Source: a virus (taxonomy: Duplodnaviria > Caudoviricetes). From it: DNA of 64,000 nt. A program made the position numbers and the translations under genes. The notes beneath the pieces are model-generated. The model did not search any database, was not told the DNA's origin, and saw nothing but the letters and a program-made list of their open reading frames with translations. Numbering within the stretch: the first letter of the stretch is position 1; each line of letters starts with the position of its first letter. Where the stretch lies: positions 77,322 to 141,321 of the IMG/VR virus record IMGVR_UViG_3300025389_001172, one strand, 5' to 3'. Shown here in pieces: positions 37,098 through 47,035 of the stretch.

Positions 37098-38885
37098 CTA
37101 GGATATCTGTTTGATCTGATAGTCTATACGATAAGGACCGTTTTGATTAGGATCTACATCAATTATATCAAATCCTAATATCTGGAGTGTAACATAGTTA
37201 TGACTTCCTGCCTGACTAGAGTCGATATTCCAAACAGCGTCATTCACTCGGTTTATATAAGAATAGTTATAGTAATCGCTGACTGTTCCTATCTGATCTC
37301 CATCCTGATATTCAGTATATGCACCTCTGGGATTGATCCCGATGATGTTAATCAACAGATCTCCTTTCCTAGAATAACCAGTAGTATCATTCCATAATTC
37401 ATAGTGTACGGTAATAGATTGCTCTCCACCGTTCAGAGGAAAGCTAACCAGGTTGTTGGTGACGTCGCTGAGCTCTCTACGATAAACAGATTCATCTTGG
37501 ATACCACCCGGTCCTGCGATATAGGGATTATAATAGAAATCTGGTAAATTTGTCTGTATAGCTATTTGAGCAAAATTTTTACGAACAAAAATATCATTTA
37601 TGGATTTATTTCCTGACGAATTAAACGATATCACCGGAGTTCCTACTCCTGGGGAACTAGGATAATTGTAATCACTGATAGGATTTCCGTCACCACTAAC
37701 ACCATTGCCTACATCCTTGAATGAATTATTCGAGCTAACACTGTAGCCAGGATATGGATATACATTGGTTGTAGCTGTTCCTAATAGAATGGCCTGATTG
37801 CTGATCCTTTCAAATCTACTGCTATCAAATACTCCGCCTATCAGTCCGGGATTGTTAATGTCAGACCACATACTGATACCTGTCTGTAGGTAATCAAATG
37901 AACAGTTACTTACAAAGAATCTGTTGATAGTTCCTACTGTTTGGGTCACAGCAGATCCTAAATTTTGGAATTTACATCTAGATATTTTAATGTTACCTGC
38001 AGGGGCGTTATCTAATAGTTGATCACCTATGATACCACTGCGCAGTCTTATGGCATTACCATAGTTGGTTGATGTGACCAGATCTGCTGTGCCGAAGTTA
38101 ACATTGTGGATCTCTGTATCCACTACCTGATCTAGCGATACTAGGACAGCATTGTAGGCATTGGTAGAGGTGAACAGCAATGACATTCCTTCGATGTGTA
38201 CGTTGCCGGCATTCTGTCCATCATGGATGCTCATATCCATAGAATTGTCATCAAAATTTTGACCTCCAGCATCTACGGTCCTAAACAAAGATTGACCATC
38301 ACCTGATGGAACGAATATGATATTAGTAAGACCTGCTCCTTCTCCTACTAATGAAGCGTAAGGAGGAAGGTCGATGGTTCCAGAAACAAAATATGTGCCG
38401 GCAGGTATGATGAGACGTCTGCGAGCATCTTGTCGAGCAAAGGTATTGTAACCACCAGCGCCATCTTGGAAATATAAATTTTCTATAGCTGAGGTTAGTG
38501 TAAGAGTTATATCGTTGCCCTGTGATTGGTGAAAACTAGGGCTTAGAGATGGATCATAGTCTGTTAAACTGACCCAATTATCCAGTTTGGTTGAGATGGT
38601 AGTTGTAGTAGAATGTACATACTGCGTATCGGCTCTGTATTGATAGCTACTGGTACCTGCTAAATTTCCTGGGGGTTGTATTAGGGAAAAAATATTACTT
38701 AGATCGTTTTCGGTCAATATGCGAGTGTTATTGTCATCCACTGCACCCTCGATGATACGCTTACCTATATAGAGATTTTCAGTATCTTCTGCCCAGCCAA
38801 ATTCTCCAGGATCCAATTGCGGAATACCTGTTTGAAATTCTTGTCCTCTACGTACTTGGATTTTTGAGATTGAAATCTGTGCCAT
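37098..38885 (-). CDS. virion structural protein with beta-helix (pectate-lyase-like) domain
   Basis: KIQVRRG...PGEFGWA N-terminal motif; IPAGTYFV, LVGEG. Confidence 0.7.
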   Translation of the reverse strand: MAQISISKIQVRRGQEFQTGIPQLDPGEFGWAEDTENLYIGKRIIEGAVDDNNTRILTENDLSNIFSLIQPPGNLAGTSSYQYRADTQYVHSTTTTISTKLDNWVSLTDYDPSLSPSFHQSQGNDITLTLTSAIENLYFQDGAGGYNTFARQDARRRLIIPAGTYFVSGTIDLPPYASLVGEGAGLTNIIFVPSGDGQSLFRTVDAGGQNFDDNSMDMSIHDGQNAGNVHIEGMSLLFTSTNAYNAVLVSLDQVVDTEIHNVNFGTADLVTSTNYGNAIRLRSGIIGDQLLDNAPAGNIKISRCKFQNLGSAVTQTVGTINRFFVSNCSFDYLQTGISMWSDINNPGLIGGVFDSSRFERISNQAILLGTATTNVYPYPGYSVSSNNSFKDVGNGVSGDGNPISDYNYPSSPGVGTPVISFNSSGNKSINDIFVRKNFAQIAIQTNLPDFYYNPYIAGPGGIQDESVYRRELSDVTNNLVSFPLNGGEQSITVHYELWNDTTGYSRKGDLLINIIGINPRGAYTEYQDGDQIGTVSDYYNYSYINRVNDAVWNIDSSQAGSHNYVTLQILGFDIIDVDPNQNGPYRIDYQIKQIS

Positions 38886-38926
38886 GTCTGCTCCCTATAT
38901 AGGGTATTTATCAGGTGAGCAGTGGT

Positions 38927-39643
38927 TTATAACCTGTAGTATTCTTCTACTTTGTTGAGCCACTGATCTTCCCAATAGTTAAAATCTTTAGGCAATAGAT
39001 CGAATTGTTGATATGTTTCTCCACCGACTTTAAGACTGTCATCTCCGCGGCTACACATGAATACCACACCGCGGCGGATATCGGTTCCGTAGACCTCGTT
39101 GTGAGCTAGTATATATGCTACTAACTGCATCCGGTAGTCGTCAATCCATTCTGCTTTTTTAGGTTTATTGGTCTGTTTGTGGTCCATAACGGCTGGTTCT
39201 CCGTCATAAACGCCTACTAAATCAGTAGTTCCGCTGTATAATCCGGGAAAATATAAGCTCTGCTCCATGGCCCACACTTCATTAACCTTAGCCAATCCGT
39301 TTATGACTATCTGATCTGCCATGGCATTGGCCTTGATGTGTACAGGATTATTTCCAGGCTGTCGTTGTTCGCCGATTAAGAATCTTTCTAGATTATTGTG
39401 CATGGCTGTTCCCACACCAGCCGCTTCATTGGCTATACGTTGAGCATTGTCATGTCCCACACGATCCTTCCAAGCATTAAGGTGTGTCATGTCTTTGGTG
39501 GCCGAAAGTATAGTAGTTACACTAGGTAGCTTTTCACCATCTGGAGTTTGGTAAACTCTCTTGCGTGTCACTGGATCGTTGATCTGGACGCAGTTTTTAT
39601 ATTGGAATCGTTCTACAAATGGTGGAGGTGTATAAGTTGTCAT
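38927..39643 (-). CDS. PD-(D/E)XK exonuclease
   Basis: PSVTTIL, GTAMH, E..GTTD..DHK, QLVAY; TTGACA-17-TATAAT at 39651-39679. Confidence 0.85.
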   Translation of the reverse strand: MTTYTPPPFVERFQYKNCVQINDPVTRKRVYQTPDGEKLPSVTTILSATKDMTHLNAWKDRVGHDNAQRIANEAAGVGTAMHNNLERFLIGEQRQPGNNPVHIKANAMADQIVINGLAKVNEVWAMEQSLYFPGLYSGTTDLVGVYDGEPAVMDHKQTNKPKKAEWIDDYRMQLVAYILAHNEVYGTDIRRGVVFMCSRGDDSLKVGGETYQQFDLLPKDFNYWEDQWLNKVEEYYRL

Positions 39644-39675
39644 AAACTTAATTATAACAATCCTGTACTACGATG

Positions 39676-40026
39676 TCAAATCTTGGGAGTTAGGCTAGAA
39701 TTGGATTTGGCCATCTGATCCACGCTGGGACCAGTAGCTGGCATATCTTGTCCAGCTTGTTCTGGATCTTTTTCTTTGGTATTGAGTATCACATTGCCCT
39801 TATCATCTTGGCTGATTTTTAACACCTTACCATTGGGATCAGTATCATTGGCAAATTTGATCAGGCCATCTGGAGTGCTAATACCTAGATTGAACGGAGC
39901 GATGGATTTCAATACAGCAGAAAAAGGTAGAGTGCTAGGTTGACCGTCTTTGTCTGCCAAGCCTCTTAGGACACGAAGGACCAGCTCAGCTGATCCCTCT
40001 GATGATGCAAATTCTCTTAATCTCAT
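39676..40026 (-). CDS. hypothetical head-associated protein
   Basis: MRLREF leader. Confidence 0.6.
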   Translation of the reverse strand: MRLREFASSEGSAELVLRVLRGLADKDGQPSTLPFSAVLKSIAPFNLGISTPDGLIKFANDTDPNGKVLKISQDDKGNVILNTKEKDPEQAGQDMPATGPSVDQMAKSNSSLTPKI

Positions 40027-41438
40027 CTAGCTAATTTAGCTATGATCGAGTGTGATTCAGCTAGTTTGCGAGCACGACGTTCTGCACGGCTTTCACGCAT
40101 CTCACGGTTGCTTGAGCTAGCATCAGCGGCTGCGAATTCATCACCTAGATCTGCACCTGCTTCTGGATTCATCTCATCTGGAGCGACAGAATCTAAACCT
40201 GCGTCCATGCCTGCATCCATAGCTGGCTCAGCTCCCATTGGTTCCTCTGGAGCGGCTTCACCTGCTAGTACAGCAACAGCATTAGATACTGCTTCACGTT
40301 GTTGTGTTAGGACTTCTAGTGTGGCTGATAGAGCAGGACCTACTGCGTTCTTGAATGCTTCAGCTTCTGCGGCACCGAAGTCAGCACGGATAGCATCTGC
40401 TAGTTCGATCATAGATTTAGTCTGATATTGACCAACACGTTGCATCCAGCTTGTGTAATCATTTACGATATCACCAGCGGCAGTGATGGCCTTGGCCTTA
40501 CCTTCTTCATCTTCAGCTAGTAGGAACTGTAAACTTTCATTTACAAAACGAACATTGTGTTTGAAATTGCTTTCTTCTAATTTACCTTGCTTGGCTAGTT
40601 TGGCACGTACAGCACCTGCTACACGCTCACCTGCTTCTTTGCTACCATAACGCTTGCCTGCTGACTTGGCAATCTTAGCAAAATTCTTACCTGGTTTACC
40701 TTCGTCTTTGCCTTCCCACATACCCATACATTCTTTGCAATCACAATCTTTATGATGCTTCATGCCTTCGTCTAGGTCGTCATCTTTCTTTTTCTTATTG
40801 TCTGTTTTTTCAGCTTTTTTAGTGTAAACTGTACCTGTTGAAGTTTTCTTTTTGTCAAACTTGCCTGTGGTCTTTTCTTTAGTCTCACCTGGAACTGGGA
40901 AAGCTTCTTTTACTTTCTCGTCTTTGTCTTTGCATCCACATAGATTGATAGGCTTCTTGCAACCGGGACACATTTTCTTGGCAGCTTCTTGGAATGGCTT
41001 ACCTGCTTTGGCAGCGGCTTTAGCACGACTACCCCATACTTCATCTTTAGGACTTTCGATCTTACCATCGCCGTCATAGTCTTTAGTAGCTTTTTTTGAG
41101 CCTGTTGGTTTCTTAACAGCCTTGACACCTTTTTTATTTTCGTTTAGTTGGTCGATCTTGTCACGCAACTGTTTCATTTGTTCGCCTAGCATTTCTTTTA
41201 TCCTCGTGTTTAGCAACTCTAACATTGCTTTGTCTTTTTGGTACGACTCGTTGTTTAATAGATCATTGATCTTCGATGTGCTCTCATGTTGGAAGATACG
41301 TGTACGAAACTTGTTACGTATATCTTCTAACTGCTCGCGATCATACTTTTCTAGATTGACCCTAGATCCGAATTGTTTTTCTAAGTTTTCATGTAACTTA
41401 GCACTGGTTACCGCAATCTTAAAATCTGATGTCTTCAT
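40023..41438 (-). CDS. putative prohead core/scaffold-like protein
   Basis: Charged helical, many (L/V/F/M)xE sites, DYDGDG motif, Cys clusters. Confidence 0.5.
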   Translation of the reverse strand: MKTSDFKIAVTSAKLHENLEKQFGSRVNLEKYDREQLEDIRNKFRTRIFQHESTSKINDLLNNESYQKDKAMLELLNTRIKEMLGEQMKQLRDKIDQLNENKKGVKAVKKPTGSKKATKDYDGDGKIESPKDEVWGSRAKAAAKAGKPFQEAAKKMCPGCKKPINLCGCKDKDEKVKEAFPVPGETKEKTTGKFDKKKTSTGTVYTKKAEKTDNKKKKDDDLDEGMKHHKDCDCKECMGMWEGKDEGKPGKNFAKIAKSAGKRYGSKEAGERVAGAVRAKLAKQGKLEESNFKHNVRFVNESLQFLLAEDEEGKAKAITAAGDIVNDYTSWMQRVGQYQTKSMIELADAIRADFGAAEAEAFKNAVGPALSATLEVLTQQREAVSNAVAVLAGEAAPEEPMGAEPAMDAGMDAGLDSVAPDEMNPEAGADLGDEFAAADASSSNREMRESRAERRARKLAESHSIIAKLAR

Positions 41439-41464
41439 AGCTGGTCCAAAAATTTATATTGTAT

Positions 41465-41929
41465 TTATACCAGTTTGCGGAGTTTTTCAAATCTCTGGAC
41501 TATGCCTCTCTGGAACTGCTCTTTGCGATTTTTAGCGATAGCCTCTTTTATCTTGGATAGTTCATAACTATCGAAATTCAGTTTAGGATCTTTGACTCTG
41601 TGATTGTACAGCGTTTCTTTGAACAGGGCGAATCCGTATTCTCGGTCCTGATTCACTATCCTAGGATCTAGTATCCTGCCTAGTGCTAGATCATTGGCTA
41701 TCAAGGCCGCAGTCTGTGGTAGATTAATACCTTCTACTATGACTTCACCATTTGAATTATATATGGCATAGAATCCTGTGTTTTGATTTACCACACGGAA
41801 ACGTCCTATGTTTATGCTACCATCAGAATTTTTTACAGGTATTACTATTCCTCGTTGGCGAAAGTCGGCTCTGACTTTTTCAGAGACTCTTTCTATCTTT
41901 TCGTACAGGTCATTGGGTATCGGTTTCAT
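41465..41929 (-). CDS. hypothetical protein
   Basis: ORF in operon. Confidence 0.65.
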   Translation of the reverse strand: MKPIPNDLYEKIERVSEKVRADFRQRGIVIPVKNSDGSINIGRFRVVNQNTGFYAIYNSNGEVIVEGINLPQTAALIANDLALGRILDPRIVNQDREYGFALFKETLYNHRVKDPKLNFDSYELSKIKEAIAKNRKEQFQRGIVQRFEKLRKLV

Positions 41930-42122
41930 TTAGGTTCTTCAATAATGTAGTGCTATCATTACTTATTGAATATAAACCCTTGCGGACCATGTTCTGGGCT
42001 AACCACTGCTCATGCTCATCGAGACTGGTGATTTTCACACGATCCTTGTGTGTGCGTATAAATTCTTGCTCTTCATTAGTAACGGCAATGCTCATGCCGG
42101 ATAATAACTGTGCTATTTTCAT
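41910..42122 (-). CDS. hypothetical protein
   Basis: ORF with ATGA coupling. Confidence 0.65.
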   Translation of the reverse strand: MKIAQLLSGMSIAVTNEEQEFIRTHKDRVKITSLDEHEQWLAQNMVRKGLYSISNDSTTLLKNLNETDTQ

Positions 42123-42583
42123 TGTAATTTCTCTAAAGCTTCAGCTAACCGTCTGAGAGACTCTGCCGCTTTTTGATATTGGTCATCGTTGGCCGCCTGT
42201 TGCATTTTTTGTTGAGCGGTAACTCCTGTATTGATTCCAGCTTTGATTTGATTAGCGGCCTGATTATTCTGTAGAGCATCTGCTATACCAGGCAACAGAT
42301 TTTTTAACTGTTGGGCAACACCGGGATTCATCGCCTGTTTTGGATCTGTTAGAGCCCCTGCTATTTTAGAAGTATCTATATTTCCAGTGGCACCTGCGGC
42401 ACCTAGTAGACTTTTTAGATTGTTAAGATTATTTTTAATGTTACTGATATTCTGACCCATCTGTGTACTATTGGTACCTGTATTAGCGGTGTTAGCCACA
42501 GTTGGCTGAGTAGGACCCAAAGGTGCACCTGCTCCGGGAGGAACTGAGCCTACAGTTTGTTCGACTAAATCTCGTATTTTCAT
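42119..42583 (-). CDS. Gln/Asn/Ala-rich putative internal head protein
   Basis: MKIRDLVE leader. Confidence 0.55.
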   Translation of the reverse strand: MKIRDLVEQTVGSVPPGAGAPLGPTQPTVANTANTGTNSTQMGQNISNIKNNLNNLKSLLGAAGATGNIDTSKIAGALTDPKQAMNPGVAQQLKNLLPGIADALQNNQAANQIKAGINTGVTAQQKMQQAANDDQYQKAAESLRRLAEALEKLQ

Positions 42584-42586
42584 ATA

Positions 42587-42820
42587 TTATTTTTGTAATA
42601 GAACTACTAGTATACTAGCCACAGCGGTTATAATAGTTCCAGCTGTGCCGATCAGTATCTTGGTCATATTAGAATGACCATCTTCTATACATTTTTGTAG
42701 TCCACTGACCTTAGTCTCGATTGAAGTCAATCGTAGTTCTATAGCTTCATATCTCTGTGAGCACAGTTCTACGTGTGCTTCTAGATTCTGTTTTTCAATA
42801 TTCGTAGGCTTACCAGCCAT
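42587..42820 (-). CDS. small coiled-coil plus C-terminal TM protein
   Basis: LEAHVELC..RY coiled coil then hydrophobic helix. Confidence 0.65.
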   Translation of the reverse strand: MAGKPTNIEKQNLEAHVELCSQRYEAIELRLTSIETKVSGLQKCIEDGHSNMTKILIGTAGTIITAVASILVVLLQK

Positions 42821-42864
42821 GACATTTCTCCGTTAGGGTTACAAGATGCTACATTGTTACTTGC

Positions 42865-43281
42865 CTAAATTGTGCCTGGTTGTGCCTTGATGATCGTATT
42901 TTTATAAGTGCTATCTTTTAGATCAAAGATTGCCTTGTCAATATTTATCGTTTCTGTTAGATTTATTATCACAGGAATCTGGTCCATATCTGCTATCAAG
43001 AACTCTAGATCGTCTCCATAGACAGCTGGGCGATCTGGAGAGAACCAGAATGTCCATACTGCCTGTTTACCCTTATATCTATTACCGAATCCCATACCTT
43101 TAATATCTACTAGCTCTACAGAGGGATTGCCGTCGTAGAGGATCACTGAACGTATTTCTGCACACTGTCTCAAGGTTGTGAAATTTCTATACTGATTTAG
43201 TTCTAGCTGTGTGCCTTGATTGGGTCTAGTCACATTGGTGTTGGTGATGTCAATCAGGGTCTGTATTTCTATCGTGTCCAT
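42865..43281 (-). CDS. hypothetical protein
   Basis: Start corrected to MDTIE after TATAAATA. Confidence 0.65.
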   Translation of the reverse strand: MDTIEIQTLIDITNTNVTRPNQGTQLELNQYRNFTTLRQCAEIRSVILYDGNPSVELVDIKGMGFGNRYKGKQAVWTFWFSPDRPAVYGDDLEFLIADMDQIPVIINLTETINIDKAIFDLKDSTYKNTIIKAQPGTI

Positions 43282-43322
43282 AATGTACCTATATAAAGTA
43301 TTTATAGACAACGGCAGGGATC

Positions 43323-43351
43323 AAAAAAAATCCCTACCGAAGCAGGGATTT
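43323..43351 (-). terminator. Rho-independent terminator
   Basis: ATCCCTGC-TTCG-GTAGGGAT plus T tract. Confidence 0.8.
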
Positions 43352-43374
43352 TGTAGTTACTTAATACTTATGAA

Positions 43375-43923
43375 TTAAGCTACGTCGATTTTATTCAACA
43401 ATGATGGATCCATTTCGATCAATTCATTCTGCTCAACGCTGCCTGTAGCAAAACCAGTGTATGTTGTGCTTGTGTTAGCTGTGATAGCAGATACGAAATC
43501 ACTTTCTGTCTTCATGAAACCGTCTTGGTTGCCACCGAATAGGTAGTAACGTGTAACAGTAGCCATGTTGCTATTGTCGTTCAATGAAGGAACATTTTGT
43601 AACAATGTTTGTAATGTTACGGCCATTCCGTTGTCACCTGTGAACACTGGAGCGTCTGTGTTTGCTGTGTCTACTGCTAGACCAACAACAAAACGTGACC
43701 AGTTGTCACTTACATATGGTGTACCAATGAACAAGATTTCTGCTTGTAATTGGATCGTCTGGATCGCTAGACGGAATCTCTCTGTATCTAGACGACGATA
43801 TGAATTGTCTTGAGATACGTTAAGATCTACGTGCTTGATTTCATAGAAGCCGATCTGACGACCGATGAAACTACCTGGGTATGCCTTGTAATTTGGGGCA
43901 TTGCTATAACCGATTCCTGCCAT
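43375..43923 (-). CDS. putative abundant structural protein
   Basis: TAAATA, AAGGAG, own terminator. Confidence 0.55.
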   Translation of the reverse strand: MAGIGYSNAPNYKAYPGSFIGRQIGFYEIKHVDLNVSQDNSYRRLDTERFRLAIQTIQLQAEILFIGTPYVSDNWSRFVVGLAVDTANTDAPVFTGDNGMAVTLQTLLQNVPSLNDNSNMATVTRYYLFGGNQDGFMKTESDFVSAITANTSTTYTGFATGSVEQNELIEMDPSLLNKIDVA

Positions 43924-44019
43924 GTTAATTCTCCTTATCTTTTTAGAGCCCCGTTCTGGGACTATTGTAAGAGTATTTAGCGGATTTGGAAAAAAATATA
44001 GAAAATGGTGTGAAAATGA

Positions 44020-44319
44020 TCAATCTTCGTCTTTTAGGTCACCCTCTACTATGTGTAGATGCTGAGCTGTTTCTTTGTTATCACGCAGACGACGTATGCT
44101 ACGTATGAACTTGTTTGGATCCCCACCTTTGATGCTGTTGATGAATCTGCGCTCTAGTTCGTAGGCCTGCTCAGGTTCGAAATTTTCTTTGATCAGATTG
44201 AGTAGGTTGATGGCAGAATCTATAACGTGTGTAGCTCGGCTTTCTATAATAGCTTCACCGTGTTTCTTCTCTGCTATAGAGTTGAGTTCTTCTAATAGAC
44301 TGCGAGTGGCTCTTTTCAA
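44020..44319 (-). CDS. conserved hypothetical phage protein
   Basis: TTG start with AAGGA; TRSLLEEL, IESRA. Confidence 0.65.
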   Translation of the reverse strand: MKRATRSLLEELNSIAEKKHGEAIIESRATHVIDSAINLLNLIKENFEPEQAYELERRFINSIKGGDPNKFIRSIRRLRDNKETAQHLHIVEGDLKDED

Positions 44320-44478
44320 GATATATTTCCTTTTGGTATTTAGTGATATCCACTCATGAGTATAACATAATATTTGGCAAACAACACCTTGATTTTAATC
44401 TTGTAGTAATCATATAAGTATAAATACTGATGTTAGTAGAAACCATGAGTCTCTGCTAAAAACAAAGGAAAACACAAA

Positions 44479-44655
44479 ATGTTAAACACAATCAAAGAAT
44501 TTTTCAAAGATATAACGAGATTTGAAACCTGTAAAAACGCTCAAACAGAAATCGATAGATATATTTCCAGCAAATGTCCACAGACCGTAGCAGATGTTGA
44601 ATACTGGACTCGGGAGTACAATCGCTGTGGTCAATTAAGAGGGATCATAAGATGA
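44479..44655 (+). CDS. small hypothetical protein (58 aa)
   Basis: Missed by track; AAGGA RBS; IDRYISSKCPQTVADVEYWTREY; ATGA-coupled 30-aa ORF 44652-44744 follows. Confidence 0.6.
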   Translation: MLNTIKEFFKDITRFETCKNAQTEIDRYISSKCPQTVADVEYWTREYNRCGQLRGIIR

Positions 44656-44801
44656 AACTCCTAAAAACCATAGTCAAGGCAGTACTTGAAGGACGTGATG
44701 CTTATGTAGCATACAAGATGAAACACTCCGGAGTCATGAAGTAATTAAATAATGTTGCGCCGCAAGGTGCAATAAATACACACATACACATAGGAGTTGT
44801 T

Positions 44802-45218
44802 ATGACAACAAAGTTTTCACACGTCAAAGGTACTGAAGCCGAATTCAAAGGCGGAGGACTGAGAGATTTTTTCGTTTACAAAGATCTAGGAGTAGCGGCG
44901 GCTACCGATGGTCGCGTCCTAGCACACATCACCAAAGCTAACTTACCTCCAGAATCGTCAGGCGGTACAGGATGGCACATACACGTGGCTGAGTTCCAAA
45001 TCGTTTACATGTTGAAAGGTTGGGCCAAGTTCATGTACGAAGACAAGATACATTTAGTGGAAGCAGGCGATTGTGTACAGCAACGTCCGGGTATCGTGCA
45101 TTATCTCTACGACTACTCACCGGACATGGAATACTTGGAAATCATTACTCCAGCAGACTACGGCACAGAGCCTGCAGAAGCGCCTTGCGAAATACCAGAA
45201 CCCGAGGCATGGAAATAG
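44802..45218 (+). CDS. cupin-domain protein
   Basis: GWHIH, YMLKGW, AGDC..Q.PGIVH. Confidence 0.88.
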   Translation: MTTKFSHVKGTEAEFKGGGLRDFFVYKDLGVAAATDGRVLAHITKANLPPESSGGTGWHIHVAEFQIVYMLKGWAKFMYEDKIHLVEAGDCVQQRPGIVHYLYDYSPDMEYLEIITPADYGTEPAEAPCEIPEPEAWK

Positions 45219-45221
45219 CTC

Positions 45222-45797
45222 ATGCGGTTGGTTTACATCCATGGGGCCAGTGCTACCAGCGAAAGCTTCAACTATATAAGAAGCAAGCTGGGCGGACGAG
45301 ATATGACTGTAGACTATGATAGTCGTAATGGATTTGAAAATAATCTAGCGGCCATCAAAGAACAGATTGGCAAGACTCAAGACATATTCTTTGTAGCACA
45401 CAGTCTAGGCGGGATCTATAGTCTACATCTAGCCAATGCTATTCCCAAACAAGTATTAGGAGCTGTTACACTGAGCACACCCTACGGTGGTGCAGAAGTG
45501 GCAGATTTTGCCAAGTTCTTTCTACCCTTCAGCAGATTAATGCGCGACATAGGCCCTAGCTCATGGGCTATGAGACAGGCAGACAAGATCAAGATACAGC
45601 ATCCATGGTGCAACGTGGTCACTGTAAGAGGACAGAGTCCGTTTATGGCAGAAGCCAATGACGGAGTTGTAACCATAGCTAGTATGCGTCATCATGCTGA
45701 TATGGAATTAGTGGAAGTAGATTACAACCACTATGAAGTAGTGCTGAGTGATAAAATTGTAGATATTATTCGAGAACGAACAAAAAAGTTCACATAA
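45222..45797 (+). CDS. alpha/beta hydrolase
   Basis: IHGA, AHSLGG, TPYGG, NDGVV, NH. Confidence 0.85.
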   Translation: MRLVYIHGASATSESFNYIRSKLGGRDMTVDYDSRNGFENNLAAIKEQIGKTQDIFFVAHSLGGIYSLHLANAIPKQVLGAVTLSTPYGGAEVADFAKFFLPFSRLMRDIGPSSWAMRQADKIKIQHPWCNVVTVRGQSPFMAEANDGVVTIASMRHHADMELVEVDYNHYEVVLSDKIVDIIRERTKKFT

Positions 45798-45895
45798 TAG
45801 TTGTTTATTATCATTTAGGCATATATAATAGTACAGTAGAGAAAAACAAGTATCTACTGAGTAGTACACAGACATTACACACAGAGGAGAAAAAT

Positions 45896-46174
45896 ATGTC
45901 AACATCATTTGAAACACCAAAATTACCAGAAGTAAAATTCAACAAGAACGGCTACGAAATACGTTCAGACATTCTTGGAATGGCAAAAAGCCTAGTACAA
46001 GATGACTTTCATGCCAAGTTCCAAGGTTGGGAAATGTCAACTGCTAAAGATCCAAAGACTGGCAAGTTAGTTACCACAGTTGGTATGCCAGAATTTCCAG
46101 GTCTTGACAAAGTATTAGAAACAGCAGAAAAAATGTATGAGTTTGTAAACAAAGGTGTAGCAATAAAGAAATAA
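45896..46174 (+). CDS. conserved hypothetical phage protein
   Basis: KNGYEIRSDIL..AK...AEKMYEFV; GAGGAG RBS. Confidence 0.7.
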   Translation: MSTSFETPKLPEVKFNKNGYEIRSDILGMAKSLVQDDFHAKFQGWEMSTAKDPKTGKLVTTVGMPEFPGLDKVLETAEKMYEFVNKGVAIKK

Positions 46175-46205
46175 TATAATAATTAAAATATTAAGGCATA
46201 GCCAG

Positions 46206-46231
46206 ACCCTGGGGATTCCCGGGGTTTTTTA
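46206..46231 (+). terminator. Rho-independent terminator
   Basis: ACCCTGGG-GATT-CCCGGGGT plus T tract. Confidence 0.75.
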
Positions 46232-47035
46232 TTGGCCCTGTTCTGCCCAATCAGGATCTCCCGGATGTACCTGACTGTACCCACGCTTCCACTCTTTCCT
46301 ATATTGATCGGCTGGTAGGAGATCATCGAAGGTCAGTCCTTTGGCGACTCTATCTTTGATCTGAGGGAATAATTTCTGTATATAGGCTTTATCCTTGCTA
46401 CGTGGACCAATAACTTCGCTGGTACCTGATCCAGTATCATAGGATATCCACCACTCAGTAGGTTCGACACGTTTTGGAGGATTTCCATATGTATAGCCAT
46501 TGCCGCTGATCCGTAGTTTTTTAGGATTAGTATATTCTGTCTGTGGTTGAGGTTTGTTTACCTGAGGTTGTTGGTTGGGATTCTCACCTTGTCTGCGCCA
46601 TGGTTCTACCTTGACACCTAATTTTGCCGCATGGTTTAAGAATGCCTTGGGTATCTTTAAGTTGGGATCAAACTGGATGGCTACCACGAAAGGGGCCTTG
46701 ACCGGAATAGGTTTATATACTCGTTCTTCAGTTTCGTATTTGTAGTGCATCATAGCACCTACCTTGGGTCGGGCTATTATACCCGCACGAGTCAGTGCGT
46801 CTTTATCAACCACGAACTGAGCCACAGCATGTCCATAAGGGAAACGCAGATATTGGCTACGGCTGAGGCTGATATTGTCAGGTTCTGGATTGTCCTCATC
46901 TTGATCAAACTGGAATGGTTCGTGAGGTTTTATGTATCCGCTCTTTAGGATCCTCATCACAGTAGGACCATCTGGTACTCCGTGATATAGGTAGTTGCCG
47001 CCTACCGCTTCTAGGATGAATTCTTCAGCTCTCAT
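46229..47035 (-). CDS. putative ADP-ribosyltransferase-fold internal protein
   Basis: MRAEEFILE leader; YLYHG...ISLSR...ETEE. Confidence 0.45.
   Translation of the reverse strand: MRAEEFILEAVGGNYLYHGVPDGPTVMRILKSGYIKPHEPFQFDQDEDNPEPDNISLSRSQYLRFPYGHAVAQFVVDKDALTRAGIIARPKVGAMMHYKYETEERVYKPIPVKAPFVVAIQFDPNLKIPKAFLNHAAKLGVKVEPWRRQGENPNQQPQVNKPQPQTEYTNPKKLRISGNGYTYGNPPKRVEPTEWWISYDTGSGTSEVIGPRSKDKAYIQKLFPQIKDRVAKGLTFDDLLPADQYRKEWKRGYSQVHPGDPDWAEQGQ

Noticed and set aside
38927-39643. Cas4 implying a CRISPR system
   Set aside because: Lacks the Fe-S cysteine set; ordinary phage exonuclease with no array nearby
44754-44772. TGC-rich motif as a PhaR operator
   Set aside because: Equally explained as a GNRA-capped hairpin; no phasin or pha gene recognised in the window
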